Shown here: positions 1 to 9,134 of the stretch, piece after piece | How the letters are laid out: every line of letters begins with the position of its first letter | How positions within the stretch are numbered: the first letter of the stretch is position 1 | Origin: Cryomorphaceae bacterium | GTDB lineage: Bacteria; Bacteroidota; Bacteroidia; Flavobacteriales_D; Sanyastnellaceae | DNA: 64,000 bases | Direction: 5' to 3' | Assembly: GCA_016124575.1 (NCBI GenBank) | Contig: WGNM01000005.1 | Location: forward strand, 20,118-84,117 | Notes under the pieces: generated by a model | The model's database searches: none | What the model was told of the DNA's origin: nothing | Seen by the model: the letters and a program-made list of their open reading frames with translations, nothing else | Position numbers and translations under genes: made by a program

Positions 1-1
1 T

Positions 2-544
2 TCAGATTCTCGTCAGTTTGCGGTATTTCCAAATACAACATACCTCGTTGAACGCGATGGGTATATTGAATTGCCAGAAATAGGTGAGGTAATGGTGCTT
101 GATATGACGCTCAATGAAGCTGAACGTCACGTCGAATCGCTCTATGCAAACTTCTACAATGATCCGTTCGCTATTGTAGAAGTAGTAAACAAACGGGTCA
201 TCGTTTTTCCTGGCAATGGGGGGACGGCTGCTGTAGTGCCACTCACAAACAGAAACACCACTGTTATCGAATGTCTGGCCCAAGCCGGTGGCGTAACGCT
301 GAGAGGTAACGCCCGACGTGTAAAACTTATCCGAACAACGAATTTTAAGAATGAGGTCTACCTGATGGATCTATCTACAATAGAAGGTATCAAATACGCA
401 AATATGCTGGTGCAAGCGAACGATGTTATTTACGTCGAACCAGTGCCTGAAATCGCAGGAGAAATTCTCAAAGATGTGGCTCCCATTGTAACGTTGGTTT
501 CAGGTGTGGCTTTAATTTACGCTATTCTTATTGGTACCTTCTAA
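2..544 (+). CDS. Polysaccharide export protein (Wza/BexD family), C-terminal part; the 5' end lies upstream of the window
   Basis: The frame is open from nt 2 (SDSRQFAVFPNTTYLVERDGYIELPEIGEV...). It has a C-terminal hydrophobic helix and sits directly upstream of a Wzc-type kinase. Confidence 0.8.
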   Translation, partial: SDSRQFAVFPNTTYLVERDGYIELPEIGEVMVLDMTLNEAERHVESLYANFYNDPFAIVEVVNKRVIVFPGNGGTAAVVPLTNRNTTVIECLAQAGGVTLRGNARRVKLIRTTNFKNEVYLMDLSTIEGIKYANMLVQANDVIYVEPVPEIAGEILKDVAPIVTLVSGVALIYAILIGTF

Positions 545-547
545 CCT

Positions 548-2953
548 ATGAAGGAAAACATCAATAGCAACGACTACAAGGAAAGGCTAACGAACTTTTC
601 ACATGAGTTCGATCTCGGACTTTTCCTTCATATAGTGAGGAAATCGGTGTTGTGGATCGTATTTCTTGGTGTCGTTTCCGTTGCTGCTGCCTACCTTTAT
701 CTCAGATACACGCCCGAAGTTTTTGAAGCCCAGACAACGCTTCAACTCGGTGAAGACGATAGCGCAAATCGTGTCCTCAATGTCAACCAATTCGTTGGAG
801 ACAACTCCATTGAAGCGAAGGTAGAGCTGATAAGATCAAAACTTCTTATCGAAAGAACGCTCTCTCAAATCCCGGTGGAAATTAGCTACTCGGCAAAGGG
901 ACAGATACTAACAAATGATCACTACATCCTTTCGCCGTACCGCATAGAACTCGATACGCTGAAAAACAATCGGTTGCTCAATAAGCCGCTGATGCTCGAA
1001 TTCAATGAAGACCTTTCTTTTAATCTAACCGTGTTAGATAAAACATATCCCGGTCTTCAAGCAAACGAGTACATCGATCTTGAAGAAATGCGTTTCCGCT
1101 TGGTTATTATAAATGATCAAGATGTCCGCGGATTGATGAACGAATACGAGCTGTTCTTCCGAATCAATAACATGCAAACCCTTCCATCTAAATTTATACG
1201 TGGATTAGAAGTGCGGGTGCTCAACAATACCGCGAAAACAATACAAATACGTTTCAAAGATCACAACCCTTACCTGGCAAGAGATTTCGTGACGGCGCTC
1301 TCAAATGAGTTCATACATTTTGATCTCGAAAACAGACAGCGTAGCGATGAAAATATTCTCTCTTTTATTGATGCTCAAATCGATACGGTTTTCGAAAAAC
1401 TGCGAACGTCCGAAGTGTTGCTCAATGCCTACAAACAAGAGAATAAAATCAACGACCTTAAAGGAATTAGCGGGGTCTACTTGGATCGTCTCAATGATAT
1501 TGAAAACAGGGTGATTTCTCTTGAAGTTGAAGACAAAATCTTAAACGAGGTTAAGGAACTGGCGAAGAAAAGTGCCTCCGAAGTAGAGATATATAACCTG
1601 GTGCCTCTGGTGGCGGGCTCACAATACGAAGGGGCGCTAAGCGGTTTGCTCGGCACGCTGCAACGTCTGCTTCTCGAAAGGGAAGAAGCGTTGTACACTG
1701 TTACCCCCGATAACCATAAAATTCGGGGATTCGATTACCAAATCGGGGTGCAAAAGAAATTGATTGTAGAAACAATCCTGGCGCTTCAAGAAAAAATTGA
1801 AATTCGAAAGAAGGAAAACTACGCGAAACTAAATGAGGTAGAACAAATCTATTACGGTCTGCCAACAAAGGAACTCGAGTTCGCTCGACTTGAAAGGTTG
1901 TTCAATATCAATGAGAAATACTACACGATGCTCCTCGAAAAACGCATCGAATACCGGATATCAAAGGAGGGTTTCGTTAGCCAAAATCAAATCCTAGATG
2001 AAGCGCAGTTGCCTGCAGCACCAATAGCTCCTAAAAGAGACCTGATCGTAATTTCTTTCTTGCTGTCTGGAATTGTGCTGGGCTTTGTTTTGATATCAAT
2101 CCGATATTTACTTCACAATGAGATAACGACTTTGAATGAAATCGTTCGCCTGTCGAATGCTTCTATCTCTACGCTCGGAATAATCCCGCGAAACAAGGTC
2201 GAAATTGAAACGTCGACGCTCATCGTTAAGGAAAATTCAAAGTCGATGCTCGCTGAGGCGTTTCGGTCTATTCGGACAAATCTCCAATTCATCGATAACT
2301 CGGAGGGAAGCAAGATGGCTGCTGTAACGTCGACCATTTCTGGCGAAGGAAAAACTTTCGTCGCCATGAACCTAGCAGGGATATTCGCTTTCTCAGGCAA
2401 GAAGGTAGTTTTGGTGGATCTCGATATGAGAAAGCCGAAAGTGCACAAGGGCTTCAAAGTGGGCAACACGGTTGGTATGAGCACTTTGCTGATCGGTAAG
2501 TCTACCCTTGATGAATCAATTCATCACAGCGATATCGAAAACCTTGATTTCATTACTGCCGGTCCGGTGCCACCAAATCCAAGTGAGCTGATCATCGGCA
2601 AGGCAATGGAGGATCTTTTGGCCGAACTGAAAAAAAGATACGATTTGGTTGTGATCGATACTCCTCCTGTTGGACTGGTAACAGATGGTTTGCCGATTAT
2701 TCAAGATGCCGACTACCCACTCTATATCTTTAGAGCCGATTTTTCGAAAAAACAATTTATCCAAAATGCGGATAGATTGATCAATGAAAACCAAATCCGT
2801 AAACTGTCTGTCATACTAAATGGTATCGATCTGGAAAGAAGCCGTTACACAAATAGCTATGGATATGGTTACGGTTATGGCTATGGTTATCGATCGGCCT
2901 ATGGCGATGGATACTACAATGAACCGAAAAAATCAAGGAGGGAGAAAAAATGA
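548..2953 (+). CDS. Polysaccharide co-polymerase / tyrosine autokinase (Wzc-type, PCP2a)
   Basis: 801 aa with an N-terminal TM plus Wzz-like coiled region and a second TM. BY-kinase motifs are present: Walker A (SGEGKT), A' (VVLVDLDMRKP) and B (DLVVIDTPP). The C-terminal tail is Tyr-rich (YGYGYGYGYGYRSAYGDGYY). Confidence 0.92.
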   Translation: MKENINSNDYKERLTNFSHEFDLGLFLHIVRKSVLWIVFLGVVSVAAAYLYLRYTPEVFEAQTTLQLGEDDSANRVLNVNQFVGDNSIEAKVELIRSKLLIERTLSQIPVEISYSAKGQILTNDHYILSPYRIELDTLKNNRLLNKPLMLEFNEDLSFNLTVLDKTYPGLQANEYIDLEEMRFRLVIINDQDVRGLMNEYELFFRINNMQTLPSKFIRGLEVRVLNNTAKTIQIRFKDHNPYLARDFVTALSNEFIHFDLENRQRSDENILSFIDAQIDTVFEKLRTSEVLLNAYKQENKINDLKGISGVYLDRLNDIENRVISLEVEDKILNEVKELAKKSASEVEIYNLVPLVAGSQYEGALSGLLGTLQRLLLEREEALYTVTPDNHKIRGFDYQIGVQKKLIVETILALQEKIEIRKKENYAKLNEVEQIYYGLPTKELEFARLERLFNINEKYYTMLLEKRIEYRISKEGFVSQNQILDEAQLPAAPIAPKRDLIVISFLLSGIVLGFVLISIRYLLHNEITTLNEIVRLSNASISTLGIIPRNKVEIETSTLIVKENSKSMLAEAFRSIRTNLQFIDNSEGSKMAAVTSTISGEGKTFVAMNLAGIFAFSGKKVVLVDLDMRKPKVHKGFKVGNTVGMSTLLIGKSTLDESIHHSDIENLDFITAGPVPPNPSELIIGKAMEDLLAELKKRYDLVVIDTPPVGLVTDGLPIIQDADYPLYIFRADFSKKQFIQNADRLINENQIRKLSVILNGIDLERSRYTNSYGYGYGYGYGYRSAYGDGYYNEPKKSRREKK

Positions 2954-3516
2954 TCGTTTCTTCAACGGCAATGAGCGGACTGTTGGTCATCGAGCCAACG
3001 GTGTTTACTGATGATAGAGGGTATTTCTTTGAACCGTTCAATGAGGCGCGCTTTAAGGCTGAAACGGGACTGCGGATTAAGTTTGTTCAAGACAATGAAT
3101 CGCTGTCGGTAAAGCATGCGCTACGCGGACTTCATTTCCAAGTTCCGCCGTATGCTCAGGCGAAGCTGGTGCGGGTTGTGAAAGGAGCAGTGCTCGACAT
3201 AGCGGTAGATTTGAGGGTGGGTTCGCCAACTTTCGGACAACATGCGTCAATCGTTCTTTCTGAGGATAATAAACTGCAGTTTTTCATCCCCGAAGGGTTC
3301 GCGCATGGATTTTTAGTGCTCGAACCAAATACGGTGTTCAGCTACAAGTGCTCTGCGCCGTATAACAATGAAGCAGAAAGGTCGATCCGCTGGAACGATG
3401 CTGATTTGGGCATTCAATGGGGTCTCGATAATCCGATTTTATCGACGAAAGATGCCGCCGCTCCTTTGTTTAAAGATTTCAATTCTCCTTTCGAGTTCAC
3501 GGAGGAGAAGGCATGA
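2950..3516 (+). CDS. rfbC: dTDP-4-dehydrorhamnose 3,5-epimerase
   Basis: 188 aa with an RmlC cupin signature (LLVIEPTVFTDDRGYFFEPFN, RGLHFQ, AKLVRVVKGAVLDIAVDLR, IPEGFAHGF). An ATGA overlap joins it to the upstream gene. Confidence 0.93.
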   Translation: MIVSSTAMSGLLVIEPTVFTDDRGYFFEPFNEARFKAETGLRIKFVQDNESLSVKHALRGLHFQVPPYAQAKLVRVVKGAVLDIAVDLRVGSPTFGQHASIVLSEDNKLQFFIPEGFAHGFLVLEPNTVFSYKCSAPYNNEAERSIRWNDADLGIQWGLDNPILSTKDAAAPLFKDFNSPFEFTEEKA

Positions 3517-4559
3517 CTTTCCTGATCTTTTTTATTATCGCAATCATTGTTTGGGCGGTAAACCTGGTTTTTCTGAAGTTCTTGAAAACGCTAGGCACGA
3601 AAGATCAACAAGGAAAAATTCAAGTGCGCTGGAGTGCTCAAAGTAAACCTACAATAGGTGGTATCTCTTTTTTTATCGGCTTCCTCGTTCTGCTGGTCGT
3701 TGCGCTGATAACGCAAGGCAATCCGGGTGGATTACTCCCTCTGCTTTTGGCGGCGGTGGTAGCTTTTATTGCAGGTCTTCTCGATGATGCCTTCAATACA
3801 AACCCCCTCCAGAAATTCATGTTCCAACTGGTGTGTGCTGTTATCCTCATCGGCGGTGGTTATGTCATCAACCTCGATAATCAACTCTTTAGCATCGTTG
3901 TATCGGCGCTGTGGATCGTGGGACTCATGAATTCTATCAATATGCTTGATAACATGGATGGTATCTCAACCATTGCGAGCATGGGTGTGTTTCTCGGACT
4001 GTATTTTATAGCGCCAGAATCAATGTCGGGATACCTGGCGGGTGGCATGGTCTTCATCTTAGTAGGTTTCTTAATGGTGAATTGGCATCCGTCGAAGGTG
4101 TTCATGGGCGATTCCGGAAGCCAACTGCTCGGTCTCCTGCTCGCTGCTCTCAGTATTGCTGTATGGTGGAATCATGATGCGCTTATAAGCGGAAATGATG
4201 GGGTGAGATGGATTGGGGCTGTAACGCTCTTTTTTGTCCCTTTGTGTGATTCTACGCTTGTTTCAATCAATCGTTTGCGACACGGTCAATCGCCTTTCGT
4301 AGGCGGTAGAGACCATTCTACTCATAATTTAAGCTACCTCTCAATTTCCGATGGAAAAATCGCGTTGATCTATTCAGCATGGTCGTTGTTGATGACTTAC
4401 CTTGCGGTACGTTTGTTGATAACCTCTGTTGATGGATTTTGGAAATGGGAGGGTTTAACACTTGTGCTACTTCTTTCCATTTTTATATCTTTCTTCCAGA
4501 TTTCACGTAGAAATCTAAACCAAAGAAAATTTGAATACGGAACCAATGGAAAGCGCTAA
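3513..4559 (+). CDS. Glycosyltransferase family 4 (MraY/WecA-type undecaprenyl-phosphate sugar-1-phosphate transferase)
   Basis: 348-aa polytopic membrane protein with LDDAFN, NSINMLDNMDG and FMGDSGSQ motifs typical of the polyprenyl-phosphate hexosamine-1-P transferase family. Confidence 0.88.
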   Translation: MTFLIFFIIAIIVWAVNLVFLKFLKTLGTKDQQGKIQVRWSAQSKPTIGGISFFIGFLVLLVVALITQGNPGGLLPLLLAAVVAFIAGLLDDAFNTNPLQKFMFQLVCAVILIGGGYVINLDNQLFSIVVSALWIVGLMNSINMLDNMDGISTIASMGVFLGLYFIAPESMSGYLAGGMVFILVGFLMVNWHPSKVFMGDSGSQLLGLLLAALSIAVWWNHDALISGNDGVRWIGAVTLFFVPLCDSTLVSINRLRHGQSPFVGGRDHSTHNLSYLSISDGKIALIYSAWSLLMTYLAVRLLITSVDGFWKWEGLTLVLLLSIFISFFQISRRNLNQRKFEYGTNGKR

Positions 4560-5472
4560 AAAAATCTTGTGGCCAGTCTTACTGATATGTAATACTGGGG
4601 TGATGCTGTTGCTGTGGGGGTTCTCAGAACCAAAAGGCCCCGAACATGTCGATAAGTCGTATTCCGAACACATAGAAGACAATTACAAGGTTTTCTCACT
4701 AGCAACACCAGAAGTAGTGGTTTTCGCTGATGCTGATGTCCCGCTAGATAAATTTGGTGTCCGCGAAAAACTCGATCGCGAACTTCTCGTCAATACCTAT
4801 TGGCAAAGCAATACGTTCCTGCTCTTCAAAAGAGCCAACCGGTGGTTCCCTGTTATCGAACCTATCTTGGCTAAAAACAACATTCCCGATGATTTTAAAT
4901 ATCTGGCTGTAATCGAAAGTGGACTAACCAATGCGGTGTCTCACGCAGGTGCAACGGGTTTCTGGCAGTTTATGAAAGAAACAGGTATCAGCTACGGTTT
5001 GGAAATCAATGAAGAGGTTGATGAACGCTATGATGTAGTGAAATCTACTGAGGCGGCATGCAAATACCTCAACGATGGATACAAGCGCTTCGGTGATTGG
5101 TCGCTCGTAGCTGCGTCTTACAACATGGGCATGGGAGGCGTAAACAAGCAGCTCAACCGTCAACAAGTGAGCGAATACTGGGATCTCATGCTGAACGAAG
5201 AAACAAGTCGCTATGTGTACCGCATTCTTGCAGTTAAAGAAATCCTAAACAATGGAACAGCCTACGGATTTGTTATTCGCCCGAAAGACCTTTACGAACC
5301 ATACCAAACTCGCTCAACGGAGGTTAGTGGTAACATCGATGACCTTGCAGTATGGGCAAAAGAAAACGGCGCAAACTACAACATCGTCAAAACGTTAAAC
5401 CCTTGGATGCGTCAGACGTATTTGAAAAACTCGAAGAATAAAACGTACGAAATATTGCTTCCGAAAGAATAA
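4531..5472 (+). CDS. Lytic transglycosylase domain protein (SLT/MltD-like)
   Basis: N-terminal TM anchor. The SLT catalytic region reads AVIESGLTNAVSHAGATGFWQFM ... AASYNMG. Confidence 0.85.
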   Translation: MNTEPMESAKKILWPVLLICNTGVMLLLWGFSEPKGPEHVDKSYSEHIEDNYKVFSLATPEVVVFADADVPLDKFGVREKLDRELLVNTYWQSNTFLLFKRANRWFPVIEPILAKNNIPDDFKYLAVIESGLTNAVSHAGATGFWQFMKETGISYGLEINEEVDERYDVVKSTEAACKYLNDGYKRFGDWSLVAASYNMGMGGVNKQLNRQQVSEYWDLMLNEETSRYVYRILAVKEILNNGTAYGFVIRPKDLYEPYQTRSTEVSGNIDDLAVWAKENGANYNIVKTLNPWMRQTYLKNSKNKTYEILLPKE

Positions 5473-5478
5473 GAGAAA

Positions 5479-6555
5479 TCACTCTTTCCAATGAAAAGCT
5501 ACGCTGGCCATCCTACTTGTAGGGTGGCCTTCTGTTTTTTCATGTAGCACCATCTCCTTGCCAACGGTCGTTTCGCAAACTTCGCCTATGGTGCGTACGG
5601 CACCGATGGGGACTTGCGCTTTGTGACATTGCGCAAGTATTTCGCTGGAGTTAAATTTCTCAAATGCGCTTTGCAAGGTTTCACACAGGTGTTCTCTATT
5701 CACTACGCGGTGTGGATTGGAAGAAAGTCGACTGTCAGCGGCGACTTCGGCTATACCCAATAGCCTGCAAAGATCCATGAACTGTGCGTCGCTGCCCACG
5801 GCTGTCACCACCTGCACGCCGTCTTTACATATAAACAAGTCGCCGTATGGTGCGATGTTGGGATGCTTCGATCCTATTTGCTTGGCAACATGATTCACCA
5901 TGAGGTAGTTCGTCGCCTGATTCGACAGTGATGCTATGCCTGCTTCTTCTAAACTGGTTTTGATATACACGCCTTTTCCTGTCGCTTTTCTGCGATACAA
6001 TGCCAACAAAATGCCTTCTTTCATCTGGTGAGCTGCCAACATGTCGATAAAGGCCAAGGGCATCTTTGTAGGTGGATTGCCAGGTTGTCCGTTCATGCTC
6101 ATAAACCCGCCCTCTGCCTGCAACACAACGTCATAAGCAACGCGGTCTGTGTCGTGCGCGAATCCAGCTAAATGACAATGTATGAGTTGCGGAAATCTCT
6201 GGCGGATGGTGTCGGGGTCAACTCCAAATTTCTCTCGGTCTTTGTGCTTGAAGTTCTCGATCAATATGTCTGCAGTCGTCAACCATTGGTCTACGATTCT
6301 TCTATCGGCCTCTTCCCTTAAATCCAGGAGATATACTTCTTTGCCGTAATTTACTGAGGCGTAGTAGGCTGAAATAGACGAGTTTTGATCTTCACTGGCT
6401 AGCTTCCAACTGCGCGTAACATCTCCGCCAAACCTGCTGTTTTCAACTTTGATGACGCGCGCTCCGAGTTCTGCGAAGAAGGTTCCAACTGACGGACCTG
6501 CAAGAACGCTGGAGAGGTCGATAACGGTTATTTCTTTGAGCAAATCCATGCTCAA
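5479..6555 (-). CDS. CoA-transferase family III (CaiB/BaiF)
   Basis: 358 aa. The N-terminal VIDLSSVLAGPSVGTFFAELGARVIKVE motif and overall length fit family III CoA-transferases. Confidence 0.85.
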   Translation of the reverse strand: MSMDLLKEITVIDLSSVLAGPSVGTFFAELGARVIKVENSRFGGDVTRSWKLASEDQNSSISAYYASVNYGKEVYLLDLREEADRRIVDQWLTTADILIENFKHKDREKFGVDPDTIRQRFPQLIHCHLAGFAHDTDRVAYDVVLQAEGGFMSMNGQPGNPPTKMPLAFIDMLAAHQMKEGILLALYRRKATGKGVYIKTSLEEAGIASLSNQATNYLMVNHVAKQIGSKHPNIAPYGDLFICKDGVQVVTAVGSDAQFMDLCRLLGIAEVAADSRLSSNPHRVVNREHLCETLQSAFEKFNSSEILAQCHKAQVPIGAVRTIGEVCETTVGKEMVLHEKTEGHPTSRMASVAFHWKE

Positions 6556-6592
6556 AAGTACGCAGTTTTAAGTAGGTTTTGCGATGTCTACG

Positions 6593-7894
6593 CTATGCCA
6601 ATGCGGCTTTGTAGGTGTCGAGAGCACGTTGTCTGGCCATGGCATGATCAACCATTGGCTTCGCATACGCGCTGGTTCCCCATTCCGGAACCCATTTTTT
6701 AACGTAAATGTAGCTGGGGTCAAATTTCTCTTGCTGGCTGGCAGGTGAAAAAACGCGGAAATAAGGTGCTGCGTCGCATCCACTGCCTGCTGCCCACTGC
6801 CATCCTCCAACGTTGCTTGCTAGGTCGAAATCGAGCAACTTCTCGGCGAAGTATTGCTCCCCCCATCGCCAATCGATGAGTAGGTGCTTGGTTAAAAAAC
6901 TGGCCACCAACATCCGCACGCGGTTGTGCATAAATCCTGTTGCATTCAATTCTCGCATTCCAGCATCTACGAGTGGAAAACCGGTGGTTCCTTTGCACCA
7001 TTTATCAAAGTCGGCTTCGTCGTTCCTCCATGGAATTCGGTCGTATGCCGGTTTGAAAGATTTATCAACTGTATGCGGAAAATGATAAAGGATGCATTGA
7101 TAAAAATCTCTCCAAATGAGCTCGGTAAGCCATTTCGTAGCGCCCAATGATTGCGCTCGCAGAACCAAGTCGCGAATACTCACTGTCCCAAATCGCAAGT
7201 GTACACTCAATCTGCTGGTCCCGCGCACGGCGGGGATGTCACGGCGTTGCGCATACTGGGTAAGTATAATGTCGTCGATTTCTGTGGTGGGAAAGGATAC
7301 AGCTATGTCTTCAAAACCCATCTCTTTTAAGGAGGGCAATTTCGCGGGCTCTGTCTTTAAAAAAAGTGCAGAATTATCGTACTGATAGGTCGTAATGGGT
7401 TCTTTTTGAAGCCGTAACAACCATTTCTTGCTGTATGGTGTGAAAACGGTATAGGGCTTGCCATCGTCTTTCAAGACTTCGTCTTTTTCAAATATGACGT
7501 GGTCTTTAGCACCTACCATATTTATTCCTTGGCTCTCTAGAAATTTTGCTATGTCTTTGTCTCGCTGCAATGCATAGGGTTCATAGTCACGGCTGATATA
7601 AACGGTGTCGATGGCGAAGGTTGAGCAAAGTTGTTCAAATGCTTCTTTCGGTTTCCCGTAATAGGTCATCAAGGTCGATCCTTGCGCTTCAAGGGTGGCT
7701 TTCAAGTTGGATAGTTCTTGGTGTATGAAGGCAACACGCGCATCCGTCGTTTCAAGTCTGTCGAGTATGGATCTATCGAAAATAAACACGGGCAACACTT
7801 TGTTTGCACCTTTCGAAGCTTTAAACAAGGCCGCGTTGTCTGCTATGCGGATGTCGCGGCGCAACCACCAAATAGATACTTTTTCTTTTTTCAT
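6593..7894 (-). CDS. phrB: Deoxyribodipyrimidine photolyase (class I CPD photolyase/cryptochrome family)
   Basis: WWLRRDIRIADNAAL at the N-terminus and a FAD-binding C-terminus (WRDFY, GWQWAAGSGCDAAPYFRVFSP). I prefer the ATG at 7894 (MKKEKVSIWW) over the TTG at 7915 used by the ORF track. Confidence 0.9.
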   Translation of the reverse strand: MKKEKVSIWWLRRDIRIADNAALFKASKGANKVLPVFIFDRSILDRLETTDARVAFIHQELSNLKATLEAQGSTLMTYYGKPKEAFEQLCSTFAIDTVYISRDYEPYALQRDKDIAKFLESQGINMVGAKDHVIFEKDEVLKDDGKPYTVFTPYSKKWLLRLQKEPITTYQYDNSALFLKTEPAKLPSLKEMGFEDIAVSFPTTEIDDIILTQYAQRRDIPAVRGTSRLSVHLRFGTVSIRDLVLRAQSLGATKWLTELIWRDFYQCILYHFPHTVDKSFKPAYDRIPWRNDEADFDKWCKGTTGFPLVDAGMRELNATGFMHNRVRMLVASFLTKHLLIDWRWGEQYFAEKLLDFDLASNVGGWQWAAGSGCDAAPYFRVFSPASQQEKFDPSYIYVKKWVPEWGTSAYAKPMVDHAMARQRALDTYKAALA

Positions 7895-7906
7895 AGCAAC
7901 AAACAA

Positions 7907-7929
7907 ATGGCCCAACTAAGTCGGGCCAT
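7907..7929 (-). terminator. Candidate rho-independent terminator for the upstream minus-strand epimerase gene
   Basis: Perfect 7-bp stem ATGGCCC/GGGCCAT with a 9-nt loop. On the minus strand it is followed by TTGTTTGTT. Confidence 0.45.
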
Positions 7930-8028
7930 TCATCTAAATCAAAACTGATTTAACACCTTACGATCGATTGATGGAAAAACCATCATACATATAACTTCCA
8001 ATGAACCTACTTTGTTCATCCAAGTTAT

Positions 8029-8922
8029 TTATTTTCTGTAAATGGACTGCAAGGCTGAGTCGATGTCGGAATAGTTGTAGTCAAATCCTTGCTGTCTGAT
8101 CTTATCCGATCCTACGCGATTGGATGCTAAAGCGATAACCGACATCTCACCCAATACGAAACGCAAGACAAAAGCAGGCACCGCTGGTAGGATATACCAC
8201 CGTTTAAGGGCTTTTGCTAGAGATGCTCCGAAAATTTTGTTTGTAACCGGTTCAGGAGCTACAGCATTGTAAATTCCTGCCTTTGGGCTGGCAGCTAGGT
8301 AAACAAACATGCGGGCAAGATCTTCGATGTGTATCCAGCTTTGCCATTGCTGGCCTGTGCCGATAGGCGACCCAAAACCAAGTTTGAAAAGGGGTGTGAG
8401 CTTATCCAATGCGCCTCCTTTTGAAGAAAGCACCATCCCAATGCGGGGAATGATCAAGGTGTGGGTGGTGTTCAACTTCTTAGCTTCTCTTTCCCAAGCA
8501 ATGCAAACTTCTGCCAAAAATGAATCACCAACTTTGGTGTCTTCCAAAACCCATTGCTGTGTGTCGGGGTAAATGCCTATCGCACTCGCTGAGATGAAAA
8601 TTTTAGGTGCGGTGCAGCGATTTAGTCGGTCTACCAATGTGCGGGTGGCATGCACTCGGCTATCCATAATGCCCGCCTTCGCTGCTTTTGTCCACCGCTG
8701 GTTTACACTCTCTCCTGCCAGGTTGATAACGATATCTGCACGTTCCAAAATGGATTGGTCTATCTCTCCTTGTTTCGGATTCCACTTGGCGTAGGAAACA
8801 TTCGCAGTTCCTTTTTTTTCAGTCCTGCTTAAAATTATGAGATTCGCAGAATCACCAAAGCTGCGCACTATGGCATCGCCTATCAAGCCACTTCCTCCAG
8901 CTAAAATTATCGTTTGTTTCAT
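8029..8922 (-). CDS. TIGR01777/YfcH-type NAD-dependent epimerase family protein (SDR with a DUF1731 C-terminus)
   Basis: 297 aa with an ILAGGSGLIGDAI Rossmann motif and a YfcH-like C-terminal region (RVGSDKIRQQGFDYNY). Confidence 0.8.
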   Translation of the reverse strand: MKQTIILAGGSGLIGDAIVRSFGDSANLIILSRTEKKGTANVSYAKWNPKQGEIDQSILERADIVINLAGESVNQRWTKAAKAGIMDSRVHATRTLVDRLNRCTAPKIFISASAIGIYPDTQQWVLEDTKVGDSFLAEVCIAWEREAKKLNTTHTLIIPRIGMVLSSKGGALDKLTPLFKLGFGSPIGTGQQWQSWIHIEDLARMFVYLAASPKAGIYNAVAPEPVTNKIFGASLAKALKRWYILPAVPAFVLRFVLGEMSVIALASNRVGSDKIRQQGFDYNYSDIDSALQSIYRK

Positions 8923-9134
8923 GAAATCAGAACAGTTGCAGTGCTTTTAAGTTCCGAATCTAATACTTAAATTATTGTTATTTAAGAGTGACAAAGTCAT
9001 TCATGCTATGCACAAGTCTAAAGCACTATGCTTATCTTCACCACTCTAATTAATCGTATTGCCAATCATATTATTCGGCTCTTTCCAATGAAGACTAGCG
9101 AAGCTTTTGTACGTATTGTAAAAATTGAAAATCA

